A stretch of DNA of 64,000 nt from a virus. The stretch is from the IMG/VR virus record IMGVR_UViG_3300032282_005862, positions 1-64,000 of that record, one strand, 5' to 3'. This document shows, one piece after another, positions 50,607 to 60,261 of this stretch (its first letter is position 1; every line of letters starts with the position of its first letter). Below the pieces are notes generated by a model, which saw nothing but the letters and a program-made list of their open reading frames with translations, was not told the origin of the DNA and ran no database searches. Both the position numbers and the translations under genes were made by a program.

Positions 50607-51143
50607 ATGAAATACTTTGAAGAACTTAAAAAAGCAATGACTATGCTATCTGAGCACCCTGACACGCTTTTTATAGGGCAATCTATAGAATATGAGGGAA
50701 CTGGACTTTATGATTCATTAACACATATACCAGCTCATAAAAAAATAGAATTGCCAGTAGCAGAATATCTTCAAGCAGGTCTAGCCAATGGAATGGCAAT
50801 TGAAGGTTTAATCCCAATATCTACTTATCCGAGATGGAACTTTTTATTAATGGGCACAGATCAAATAGTAAATCACGCTGATAAATTTAAAGAAATGTCT
50901 AATGGAAAATGTACCCCAAAATTAATAATTCGAGTCGCAGTTGGTAGCGAAAGACCCGTAGATCCACAATGCCAACATAAGGGGAATTTTTCCGAAGCAT
51001 TTAGATCGATGCTTACTAATACGGAAGTAATTGAATTAAATGAACCAGAAGACATTATTCCAGCTTACGAGAAGGCTTTGAATAGAAAGGATGGACTTAT
51101 AACAATTCTTGTAGAATTCGCTGATTATTCAAAAGAAAAATGA
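50607..51143 (+). CDS. TPP-dependent enzyme, E1 beta-like (pyrimidine-binding) subunit
   Basis: ELPVAE...G.ANGMA, DQIVNH, PQCQH; likely start MKYFEEL. Confidence 0.85.
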   Translation: MKYFEELKKAMTMLSEHPDTLFIGQSIEYEGTGLYDSLTHIPAHKKIELPVAEYLQAGLANGMAIEGLIPISTYPRWNFLLMGTDQIVNHADKFKEMSNGKCTPKLIIRVAVGSERPVDPQCQHKGNFSEAFRSMLTNTEVIELNEPEDIIPAYEKALNRKDGLITILVEFADYSKEK

Positions 51144-51149
51144 TATTTA

Positions 51150-51926
51150 ATGAAAATTTTAATTACTGGTGGAAATGGTTACCTAGCTAAATCAATAGAA
51201 TACGCTTTATCTAAAACTTATACCATCACAAGCATAAGCAGAAAAGATTTCGATTTACAGAATTTAGATTTATTTACAGAATGGTTAAAAGATAAAAATT
51301 TTGATATTATAATTCATACGGCAACAGAAGGTGTGTCAAGATCAAAGCATCAAAATGAAAAAGATCTGGAAGCCAATTTAAAAATGTTTAATAACATTAA
51401 AGCTCATAAGGATAAATTTAAAAAATTAATATTTTTTGGATCTGGCGCAGAATTATATATGCAAGAAACATATTATGGTAAAAGTAAAAAGTTAATAAAT
51501 GAAACCATACAAAAAGAAAACAATTTTTATAATATAAGAATATTTGCTGTTTTTGATGAAAATGAATTAGATACTAGATTTATAAAATCTAATATTTTAA
51601 GATATATTAATAAAAAAGAAATGGTTATTCATGCGAATAAACTAATGGATTTCTTCTATATGCAAGATTTGATATCTTTAGTTAATTATTATATTAATGA
51701 AAAAAATCCCCCCAAAACAATAGATTGTTCTTACAAAGATAAAAAAAATTTATTAGAAATAGCTAATTTTATCAATACTTTAGATCAATACAAAGTACCA
51801 ATTAACTTTCAAAAAAATACTCTAGAACAAGATTATTGTGGCGTAAGTAATTTACCAATTAAACCTATAGGCTTAGAACAAGGAATAAAAAATAGTTTTA
51901 GAGAAATTAAAACGAAAACGCTATAA
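51150..51926 (+). CDS. NAD-dependent epimerase/reductase (extended SDR)
   Basis: ITGGNGYLA, GSGAE, YGKSK (YxxxK). Confidence 0.85.
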   Translation: MKILITGGNGYLAKSIEYALSKTYTITSISRKDFDLQNLDLFTEWLKDKNFDIIIHTATEGVSRSKHQNEKDLEANLKMFNNIKAHKDKFKKLIFFGSGAELYMQETYYGKSKKLINETIQKENNFYNIRIFAVFDENELDTRFIKSNILRYINKKEMVIHANKLMDFFYMQDLISLVNYYINEKNPPKTIDCSYKDKKNLLEIANFINTLDQYKVPINFQKNTLEQDYCGVSNLPIKPIGLEQGIKNSFREIKTKTL

Positions 51927-51932
51927 TTATTA

Positions 51933-53099
51933 ATGAATAAGAATATAAAAGAATCGTATTATGGTAAAAAAATAGATACAGCTAATATTTTAAATATTGA
52001 AGATGCAAGTAAATTAATTAATAATAAAAAAACCGTCGTAATAACTGGGGTAACTGGACAAGACGGAAGCCATATGGTAGATTTTTTACTTAAAAATACA
52101 GATTATCTTATTTTTGGTGGAGTAAGAAGATTAAGCGTTTATAACCACGAAAATATCAAACATATTAAGTCTGATAGGTTTCATTTAATTAATTTCGATT
52201 TAACAGATTCACATGCTATATCTAGAACTATCGAAAAACTTCAACCAGATTATTTTATTAATTTTGCGGCTCAGAGTTTTGTAGCCAGTAGTTGGGATTT
52301 TTCAAGACAAACTTGGGCAACTAATTCAACTGCAGTTCTTGATATTTTAGAAGCCATAAGACTTTACAAGCCTTCTTGTAGACTTTATCAAGCTGGATCT
52401 AGCGAAGAATTTGGTAATATTTTATATGCCCCACAAGATGAAAAGCATCCATTAAGGCCAAGAAGTCCATATGGAGCAAGCAAAGCAGCTTCTAGACAGT
52501 TAGTTAAGGTTTACAGAGATTCATACAATTTATACGCAATTCAAGGATGGCTTTTCAATCACGAAGGAACTCGTAGAGGCGAAGAATTTGTAACAAGAAA
52601 AATTACTAAAAACGTAGCTAGAATTTTTAATTCAATTAAGAATAATAAATTTTTTGAACCATTAGAATTAGGAAATATTGATGCGAAAAGAGATTGGAGT
52701 GATGCCGAAGATTTTGTAGAAGGAGTTTGGATGATGTTAAATCAAGATATTTATAATCCAAATTACAACGGAACACCAAATGAATACATCTTTTCCTCAA
52801 ACGAAACTCATACAATTAGAGAATTTGTAGAAAAAGCTTTTGATTACGTTGGTATTAAAGGTAATTGGGTTTATATTGACCCAGATGCAAGAGCCGAGAA
52901 TGAAATTTTTTGTAGAAAAAAAGATGATGGCGATTACGAATTGCTAGTAAAAATTAATCCAAAATTTTATAGACCAGCAGAAGTCGAATTACTTCTTGGA
53001 GACTCTACAAGAGCAAGAACTGAATTAAATTGGAAACCTAAAATTTCATTTAATAATTTAGTTAAAAAAATGGTTATTAATGATTTAAATAATCTTTAA
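51933..53099 (+). CDS. gmd: GDP-mannose 4,6-dehydratase
   Basis: ITGVTGQDGS, AAQSFV, PRSPYGASK, FNHE..RRGEEFVTRKI, LGNIDAKRDW, RPAEVELLLGD. Confidence 0.93.
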   Translation: MNKNIKESYYGKKIDTANILNIEDASKLINNKKTVVITGVTGQDGSHMVDFLLKNTDYLIFGGVRRLSVYNHENIKHIKSDRFHLINFDLTDSHAISRTIEKLQPDYFINFAAQSFVASSWDFSRQTWATNSTAVLDILEAIRLYKPSCRLYQAGSSEEFGNILYAPQDEKHPLRPRSPYGASKAASRQLVKVYRDSYNLYAIQGWLFNHEGTRRGEEFVTRKITKNVARIFNSIKNNKFFEPLELGNIDAKRDWSDAEDFVEGVWMMLNQDIYNPNYNGTPNEYIFSSNETHTIREFVEKAFDYVGIKGNWVYIDPDARAENEIFCRKKDDGDYELLVKINPKFYRPAEVELLLGDSTRARTELNWKPKISFNNLVKKMVINDLNNL

Positions 53100-53106
53100 A
53101 TTAAAC

Positions 53107-54951
53107 ATGAAAATCTTGATTCCGATGGCTGGTCTTGGTAAAAGATTTCAAGAATTTGGCTATTCAGACCCTAAGCCATTAATAAAAATATTTGGAGATG
53201 AAATGATCCAAAATGTTATTAGCAATTTAGATATTTCTTCTGATGATGAATTAATTATTATTTATAATAAAATTTTAGAAAAATTTAATTTTGAATCACT
53301 TCTAAATTTTAAAAACAGTATCAATATCAAATTTTTAAAATTAGAAAACGACACTAAAGGGGCAACCGAAACAGTATTTAAATATTTAGAAAAAATAAAT
53401 TCAAATGAGCCAATATTAATAATTGATTGTGATACGATTTATTATGAAAATATTATTTCTAAATGCAAAAACACAAAAGAAAATAAAATTTTTTACAGCA
53501 TAAATAAAGATAAAGATCCAATATATTCATATATTAAAATTAATAATCAAGGTCTCGTGGAAGAGATAAAAGAAAAGTGCAAAATTTCCGATAATGCAAA
53601 TGTAGGTGCTTATTTTTTTAAAAGCATAAATGAATTTAAAGAATACGCATTAAAGCTAATAAATAATTCGAATGAACAAAATGAGTTGTATATTTCAAAA
53701 GTATACGATTTAATGTTAAAAGATAACATATCAATTCAGTCAGAACAAATTAAAGATTTTTATTGCGTAGGAACACCATTACAATTACAAAAATATTGCG
53801 CAGCACATAAAAATAATAAAAAAAGATTTGTGTTTGATTTAGATAATACTCTTGTTTCTTATCCAGAAATCAAAGGAGATTATTCAACAGTGAAGCCTAT
53901 CGAGAAAAATATAAAATTTTTAAATTTTTTAAAAAGCTTGGGTAATTATATTATAATTTATTCTGCTAGACGCATGAAAACTTTTAATGGTAATGTTAAA
54001 CTTGTTGAACATGATATAAGAGAAATAACAGAAAAAACATTAAAAAAATTTAACGTTGAATATGACGAGCTGATTCTCGGAAAACCTTACGCAAATTTTT
54101 ATATTGATGATTTAGCAATATATAGCTATGATGATTTAGAGAAAAAAACTGGATTTTATAACACTTCAATAGAGCCAAGAGATTTTCATAAAATAGAGGT
54201 TTATGATAATTTAGTAGTCAAATACGGTAATCTTCAAGGAGAATGTTATTGGTATAAAAATATACCAAAAGAAATTCATAAATATATACCTAAAATACAT
54301 AAACTATCTGACTCTGTAATAGAAATGGAGAAAGTTAATGGAATAGCTTTATCCTTTTTAAATGTAAACGGAACTTTATCTAAAAAAGAACTTAATCAAC
54401 TTTTTTCAATATTAAATACTATACATCAATATAAATACGTAGAAAATATAGATATAAAAACTTTTTATTTAAATAAATTAAAACAAAGATATGAAAATAA
54501 AATATATAAAAATTTACAAAACTCATATGATTTTTACAGTTTTTTCGTAAATTATTTTGAAAATTTAAATTTAAATAATTTATCATTAATTCATGGGGAT
54601 CCTGTTTTTTCAAATATATTATATACAGTAAATAATGATATAATATTTATAGATCCAAGAGGCTTAGTGGAGCAAACAAAATGTATTTATGGAGACATAT
54701 TTTATGATTATGCAAAAATTTATCAATCAATTTGTGGATATGATTATATCCTATTAAACAAAGAACTCAATCTGGAAAGTATACAAATAAATAAAAATAT
54801 TTTTAAGGAATATTTCTTACAAAAATTTTCTGAAAAAGAATTTGAATATGTTAAAATTTTAAAAGATTATTTAATATATACTTTACTGCCCTTACATTCA
54901 GATGAAGTTAAAATTATTAAATATTATAATTTAATAGAACTTAATAATTGA
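53107..54951 (+). CDS. three-domain protein: NTP transferase + HAD phosphatase + APH/choline kinase-like
   Basis: IPMAGLGKRF..PKPL; FDLDNTL...GKP...YIDD; HGDPVFSN...FIDPRG. Confidence 0.8.
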   Translation: MKILIPMAGLGKRFQEFGYSDPKPLIKIFGDEMIQNVISNLDISSDDELIIIYNKILEKFNFESLLNFKNSINIKFLKLENDTKGATETVFKYLEKINSNEPILIIDCDTIYYENIISKCKNTKENKIFYSINKDKDPIYSYIKINNQGLVEEIKEKCKISDNANVGAYFFKSINEFKEYALKLINNSNEQNELYISKVYDLMLKDNISIQSEQIKDFYCVGTPLQLQKYCAAHKNNKKRFVFDLDNTLVSYPEIKGDYSTVKPIEKNIKFLNFLKSLGNYIIIYSARRMKTFNGNVKLVEHDIREITEKTLKKFNVEYDELILGKPYANFYIDDLAIYSYDDLEKKTGFYNTSIEPRDFHKIEVYDNLVVKYGNLQGECYWYKNIPKEIHKYIPKIHKLSDSVIEMEKVNGIALSFLNVNGTLSKKELNQLFSILNTIHQYKYVENIDIKTFYLNKLKQRYENKIYKNLQNSYDFYSFFVNYFENLNLNNLSLIHGDPVFSNILYTVNNDIIFIDPRGLVEQTKCIYGDIFYDYAKIYQSICGYDYILLNKELNLESIQINKNIFKEYFLQKFSEKEFEYVKILKDYLIYTLLPLHSDEVKIIKYYNLIELNN

Positions 54952-54982
54952 CTCAAATCTATATTTATGATACATTTTAAAA

Positions 54983-55315
54983 ATGAAAAGCCATAAGCTT
55001 TGTCAGTTCATAGCGAAAAAACATATAAAAGATAAGATAAATTGGCCAAGAGAGATTAAAATTGCTCAAATATTAACTAAAAGATTCAAGGAATTCGAAT
55101 TTTGGGATAACTTAAGAGATTTTAAGCTTCCATCTTTGGCATGGTTTCTTAAAAGCGAAGGCAAAGCTTTCCTATTATCAGAATATGAGAAATTTAAATT
55201 AAATTTAAATATAGAAGTAATAAAACTGGAAGATAATAAAGTTCAAGATGATAAAAAGATTTGCAAAAAGCCTAAAAGTTTGATAGAATTTATAAGATAT
55301 GGCAAAAAAATCTAA
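54983..55315 (+). CDS. hypothetical protein, first gene of the replication module
   Basis: 110-aa ORF after a TTGACT-17-TACATT promoter; overlaps the recA start. Confidence 0.6.
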   Translation: MKSHKLCQFIAKKHIKDKINWPREIKIAQILTKRFKEFEFWDNLRDFKLPSLAWFLKSEGKAFLLSEYEKFKLNLNIEVIKLEDNKVQDDKKICKKPKSLIEFIRYGKKI

Positions 55316-56441
55316 AGAAGAAATTATTGAACCATCTGGTCCAAGTGCATCAGATAGACTATTATCCTTTTTAAAGGAAAATAAAGAAGATCATTACAAT
55401 TTTGAAGATGAGGTATACTATAAAGTATCAACTGGTAGTTTAAACCTGGATATCGCTACAAGCGGTGGTTTATGCCCAGGTTTGCATAGATTTATTGGTA
55501 TGAATGAAGGTGGTAAAACTTCAGAAGCACTCGAAGTAACAAAAAACTTTCTTAAAACTGTAGATAATTCTAGAGCTTTGCTCTTTAAAGCAGAAGGAAG
55601 ATTAAGCAAAGAAATTAAAGATCGCTCTGGTATCAAGTTCGTAACTGACGCTAAAGAATGGGTTGATGGAACTTGCTTCGTATTTGAATGTAATATTTTT
55701 GAAACAGTTTCTGAATTGATGAAAGACCTCATTCAATCAAATGATGAAAATAAAAGATATATCTTTATTCTTGATTCAGTTGATGGTTTGATGACAAAAG
55801 GTGATTCTCAAAAGAGCATGACAGAAGCAACAAAGGTTGCTGGTGGAGCAGTCATATCTTCAATGTTGATGAAGAAGATTTCTCTTGCGCTTTCTAAACG
55901 TGGACATATGGCAATCTTTATTAGTCAAGTTCGATCTGATATTAAACTTGATCCTTATGCAGCAAATAAGGATATTCGTCAAACTACTGCAACTGGTGGA
56001 AATGCACTATTGCATTTTGCTAATTGGATTCTTGAATTTGAACCAAAGTTTAATAAAGACCTTATCCTTGAAAAACCAAATGACAAATATGATCCAATTA
56101 AGAATAAAATTATTGGACATAATGTTAAGATTGTTATTAAAAAATCCACAAATGAATCTACAAACTCCAAGATTCAGTACCCAATCAAATATGGTCGTAA
56201 AGATGGTTCTTCTGTTTGGAGAGAATACGAAATTATTGATCAAATCCTAGCTTGGGAATTTGCAACTGCAAAAGGAGCATGGGTTACTTTTTCTGATGAA
56301 ATTATTGAAGAACTTAAAAAAGTAAATCTAGAGCTTAAGAAGCAACATCAAGGAGTAGATAATCTGAGGTCTTATCTCGAAGAAAATAAACCAATTGTAG
56401 ACTATTTCTATAACAAATTCATTAATACTCTTGCGTCATGA
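55299..56441 (+). CDS. recA: RecA/UvsX recombinase
   Basis: STGSLNLDIA..GG, Walker A GMNEGGKT, ILDSV, FISQVR, TGGNAL, KGAW. Confidence 0.92.
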   Translation: MAKKSKEEIIEPSGPSASDRLLSFLKENKEDHYNFEDEVYYKVSTGSLNLDIATSGGLCPGLHRFIGMNEGGKTSEALEVTKNFLKTVDNSRALLFKAEGRLSKEIKDRSGIKFVTDAKEWVDGTCFVFECNIFETVSELMKDLIQSNDENKRYIFILDSVDGLMTKGDSQKSMTEATKVAGGAVISSMLMKKISLALSKRGHMAIFISQVRSDIKLDPYAANKDIRQTTATGGNALLHFANWILEFEPKFNKDLILEKPNDKYDPIKNKIIGHNVKIVIKKSTNESTNSKIQYPIKYGRKDGSSVWREYEIIDQILAWEFATAKGAWVTFSDEIIEELKKVNLELKKQHQGVDNLRSYLEENKPIVDYFYNKFINTLAS

Positions 56442-56857
56442 GATTATTAAATATTAACGGCAAGCTCGTTAATAAAAATGTAAGAAATTACGAAATAGAT
56501 TGGGATGGAAAATGTAGAAGTAAATTGCAATTTAAATTCAAGCAATTCTTCTACCCTTACTGGAAAAATCACATTGTATATGAAGAGTTTCCAGTTTATG
56601 GAAGTATGCTTAAAGTAGATTTATTAAATGCGACTAAAAAGATAGCAGTTGAGATACAAGGTAATCAACACGAGAGCTTTAATAAGTTCTTTCATGATAA
56701 TTCTAGATTAAAATATCTCCAAAGCATAAAAAGAGATGTTAAAAAAGAAAAATGGTTAGAAATGAATGGATTTAAGTTTTTAGAACTCTACGAAAATGAC
56801 TTAAAAAATTTATCACCACAATATATAGAAGAAAAATGCGGAATATTAATTATTTAA
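56438..56857 (+). CDS. PD-(D/E)xK / DUF559-like endonuclease
   Basis: EEFPV...VD...AVEIQGNQH...RDVKK. Confidence 0.75.
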   Translation: MRLLNINGKLVNKNVRNYEIDWDGKCRSKLQFKFKQFFYPYWKNHIVYEEFPVYGSMLKVDLLNATKKIAVEIQGNQHESFNKFFHDNSRLKYLQSIKRDVKKEKWLEMNGFKFLELYENDLKNLSPQYIEEKCGILII

Positions 56858-56872
56858 GTGTAAAATTTTCTG

Positions 56873-57148
56873 GTGACAAATAAGAAAAAATTCAATTTTC
56901 CAGACTCTCTTTTAAAGCAAATTGATGAATGCAGTTTTGGCGGATATATTCTTTTTAATTTTTCCAGCAAAGGTGAACCGCAAGTATATACAAAATTTGA
57001 TAATCAAATAAATGCCATGGCACTTTTATATTATATTAATACATGGAGTCAAAGTATTGACCAGTTGAATTTAGAAGCAACAACAGATCAAATTGCAAGA
57101 AAAAATCAAGAAGACGATGATTTTGATGATTCAGAAGATAAAGATTAA
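56873..57148 (+). CDS. hypothetical protein with acidic tail
   Basis: 91-aa ORF 9 nt after the GTGTAA motif. Confidence 0.6.
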   Translation: MTNKKKFNFPDSLLKQIDECSFGGYILFNFSSKGEPQVYTKFDNQINAMALLYYINTWSQSIDQLNLEATTDQIARKNQEDDDFDDSEDKD

Positions 57149-57189
57149 AACTTGACTTTTAATTTCTAATTTGGTATGATATATAAAGG

Positions 57190-58674
57190 ATGATTTACTC
57201 CTTACAAGTAGAAAGACACGTATTAAGTGGTTTATTAAAGCATCAAGATCTTTTTGCGGATGTTGATGTATTTTTAACTGAAAATGATTTTTATAATGAT
57301 GTTCATTCATCAATATATACTGTATTTAAAAATATTAAGCATAAAGGTGAAAATGTAGATAAAGTCTTATTAGCTGAAAAGATTAAGAATCTTGGAATTA
57401 CATTCAAAGACGAAATTAATATATTTGATTATATTGATAATTTAAGCTTCTCACAGATTACAGAAGAAGCCACAATGAACGCTTGTAAAGAGTTAATTAA
57501 ATTAAGAGTCCGTAGAGAAATATCTCAAACAGCAGATAAATTAAAAGAATATGTAAATAAAAACTCCGAAGATTCAATGGATGAGATCATTGGTAAAATT
57601 GATCAAATTTATAATAAAAAGATATCATCATATTCAGAAAATGATGTGCCAATTAATATTTTTGAAGGAGTTGAAGATCTTGTTGAAGAAATTGGAAATA
57701 GCCCTAAAGAAGATACTGGTTTGATAACTCCATATTCTGAATTTAATAGAATGTATGGTGGTTTAAAGAATGGTAATATTTATGCAATTGCAAGTAGACC
57801 AGGTCAAGGAAAATCAACTTGGTTAAATGATATCTGTTTTAAAACTTCAATTAATCCTAAAAATAAAACTAAAACTCTTATTCTTGATACTGAAATGCAA
57901 ACAGTAGATATTCAATTAAGAATGGTTGCGTCTTTAAGTGGAGTTCCAGTTTGGTATCTTGAAACTGGTAATTGGCGTAAAAATGAAGAAATGACAAAAA
58001 AAGTAAGAGAAGCTTGGGATAAAGTTAAAAAATATGAATACTTTCATTATCATGTAGGCAATAAAAATATTGATCAAGTATGCTCTATTATTCGTAGATG
58101 GTATCTTTCTAAAGTTGGCAGAGGAAATCAAGCTATGATCGCTTATGATTATATTAAATTAACTGGAGAAAAAGTAGGTCAAAATTGGGCAGAACATCAA
58201 GCAATTGGAGATAAGATTGATAAACTTAAAAGAATCTCAGAAGAAATTCATTGTCCAATTATTACTGCTATGCAATTAAATCGAACTGGTGAAAGTTTTA
58301 ATAGAAAAGGTTCAGAAGTTGTGGATGATAGCTCTGTAATTTCTCTTTCGGATAGATTACAATGGTTTGCGTCATTCGTAGCAATCTTTAGAAGAAAAAC
58401 TTTAGATGAGATTACTCTTGATGGCCAAACATTTGGAACGCATAAATTGATTCCAACTAAAACTAGATTCCAAGGAAAAGATGCAGCTGGTCATCAAGAT
58501 TTAGTTAGAAGACTAGATTGTACTGGTAAAGAAATATGGTCACAAAATTATTTAAATTATAATGTTCAAAACTTTAATATTGAAGAAAGAGGATCACTCG
58601 CAGATGTAGCAGAGCGTCAAAGAGAACAATACGAACTTAATGATGCAAATGCAAATGACGGAGAATTATTATGA
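57190..58674 (+). CDS. dnaB: DnaB-like replicative helicase
   Basis: N-terminal domain DFY..H..IY; Walker A SRPGQGKS, DTEM, YDYIKL, QLNR. Confidence 0.93.
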   Translation: MIYSLQVERHVLSGLLKHQDLFADVDVFLTENDFYNDVHSSIYTVFKNIKHKGENVDKVLLAEKIKNLGITFKDEINIFDYIDNLSFSQITEEATMNACKELIKLRVRREISQTADKLKEYVNKNSEDSMDEIIGKIDQIYNKKISSYSENDVPINIFEGVEDLVEEIGNSPKEDTGLITPYSEFNRMYGGLKNGNIYAIASRPGQGKSTWLNDICFKTSINPKNKTKTLILDTEMQTVDIQLRMVASLSGVPVWYLETGNWRKNEEMTKKVREAWDKVKKYEYFHYHVGNKNIDQVCSIIRRWYLSKVGRGNQAMIAYDYIKLTGEKVGQNWAEHQAIGDKIDKLKRISEEIHCPIITAMQLNRTGESFNRKGSEVVDDSSVISLSDRLQWFASFVAIFRRKTLDEITLDGQTFGTHKLIPTKTRFQGKDAAGHQDLVRRLDCTGKEIWSQNYLNYNVQNFNIEERGSLADVAERQREQYELNDANANDGELL

Positions 58675-59327
58675 ATGTAGATTTAATATCAATTACAAAA
58701 CCAGAAATTAAAGGAATTAAAAATCCAGAAGATTTAGTAGCATTTTGTGCTAGAGTTAGTAATCCATCTAATCAAATGAATGTAGAAACTGCTCCCAAAT
58801 TATTAAAATTCTTAATAAAGCATAAACATTGGAGTCCATTTGAACTTGTTGATATGTGCGTTGAGATAAAAACTAGTAGAGGAATTGCAGCTCAAATTCT
58901 TAGACATAGATCATTTAGCTTCCAAGAGTTTAGTCAAAGATATAGTATTGCAAACGAATTTGAAGATGTTGAGCTTCGTTTGCAAGGAGATAAAAATAGG
59001 CAAGTGGGAGAGATTCTTATGCCCACAAATACGGATGCATACGATAAAATTAATGAACTTCTAGTAGAATCTTTATCTCTTTCACAACATTGTTATGATA
59101 CAATGATTGAAAACGGAGTAGCAAAAGAAGTAGCAAGAATGATATTACCCTTGAGTACTCAAACCACAATGTATATGAAAGGATCTTTAAGAAGTTGGAT
59201 TCATTATATTGAATTGAGAACCGAACAAAATACCCAAAAAGAACATAGAATGATTGCTGAAAAATGTAAAAAAATCTTTATTAAAGAATTTCCTATAATA
59301 AGCGAGGCATTAGAATGGATCAAGTAA
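58671..59327 (+). CDS. thyX: flavin-dependent thymidylate synthase
   Basis: HWSPFE; signature RHRSFSFQEFSQRY. Confidence 0.96.
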   Translation: MNVDLISITKPEIKGIKNPEDLVAFCARVSNPSNQMNVETAPKLLKFLIKHKHWSPFELVDMCVEIKTSRGIAAQILRHRSFSFQEFSQRYSIANEFEDVELRLQGDKNRQVGEILMPTNTDAYDKINELLVESLSLSQHCYDTMIENGVAKEVARMILPLSTQTTMYMKGSLRSWIHYIELRTEQNTQKEHRMIAEKCKKIFIKEFPIISEALEWIK

Positions 59328-60220
59328 ATGTTTATCAAATTTTAACTGATTTAGGATATAAGTTAAAAGATTTTGGAAAAGAGTATAGAGCTAAACCCCT
59401 TTATAGAGATAGCGATAATGACACTGTGTTAAAAATTTACAAAGATACTGGTCATTGGTTTGATTTTAAAGAAAATATTAGTGGCGATTTTAGTTCATTA
59501 GTGGGAATGACATTAAAACTAGAAGATCCGAATAAAGCTAAAGAATGGTTAAAAGATAAAAATTTTGCATTTCATCAACCTAAAGAAATTTCCAAACCAC
59601 TTCTTAAATCAACAAAAAAGTTTGATTTGGATCTTTTATCTAATTTAGAAAACGATAATTCATATTGGAATAAAAGAGGCATTAATAATGAGACTCTTGA
59701 TCAATTTAAAGGTGGAGTAGGAAAAGCTGGAAAAATGAAAAACAGATACGTTTTCCCTATATTTGATATTAAAAATAATATTATAGGATTTTCTGGTAGA
59801 GATATTACAAATCTTTCTAAAATTAAGTGGAAGCATCTTGGAGAAAAAAGTGATTTTCTTTATCCATTATTTTTAAATTCAGAAGCTATACAATCTCAGA
59901 AAGAGATTATTCTTGTAGAAAGTATTGGCGATATGTTAAGTTTGTATCAAGCTGGAATTAAAAATATTTTAGTAACATTTGGAACAAGTTTAAGTTTAGC
60001 AATTTTAAATTATTGTTTAAAGATTGATATGAAGAAAATTTATATTAGCCTAAATAATGATTCAGATAAAAACAACGCAGGTAATATTGGTGCAGAAAAA
60101 ACCTATTCAAGACTTAAAAGATATTTTGATGATAAACAATTAAAAATAGCCCTACCAAGTAAAAAAGATTTTGGAGAAATGAATAAAGAAGAAATATTAA
60201 CATGGAAAAACAATCTCTAA
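59315..60220 (+). CDS. dnaG: DNA primase (DnaG-like TOPRIM)
   Basis: RYVFPI...GFSGR, LVESIGD, NNDSD, KDFGEM. Confidence 0.85.
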   Translation: MDQVNVYQILTDLGYKLKDFGKEYRAKPLYRDSDNDTVLKIYKDTGHWFDFKENISGDFSSLVGMTLKLEDPNKAKEWLKDKNFAFHQPKEISKPLLKSTKKFDLDLLSNLENDNSYWNKRGINNETLDQFKGGVGKAGKMKNRYVFPIFDIKNNIIGFSGRDITNLSKIKWKHLGEKSDFLYPLFLNSEAIQSQKEIILVESIGDMLSLYQAGIKNILVTFGTSLSLAILNYCLKIDMKKIYISLNNDSDKNNAGNIGAEKTYSRLKRYFDDKQLKIALPSKKDFGEMNKEEILTWKNNL

Positions 60221-60261
60221 AATAGTGGAGCAAAAAGGGTAAAAGTAGTGTAATAATTTTT

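Noticed and set aside
49976-51143. Pyruvate dehydrogenase as a central-metabolism AMG
   Set aside because: Subunits are short, no E2/E3 genes are present, and they sit between NDP-sugar enzymes
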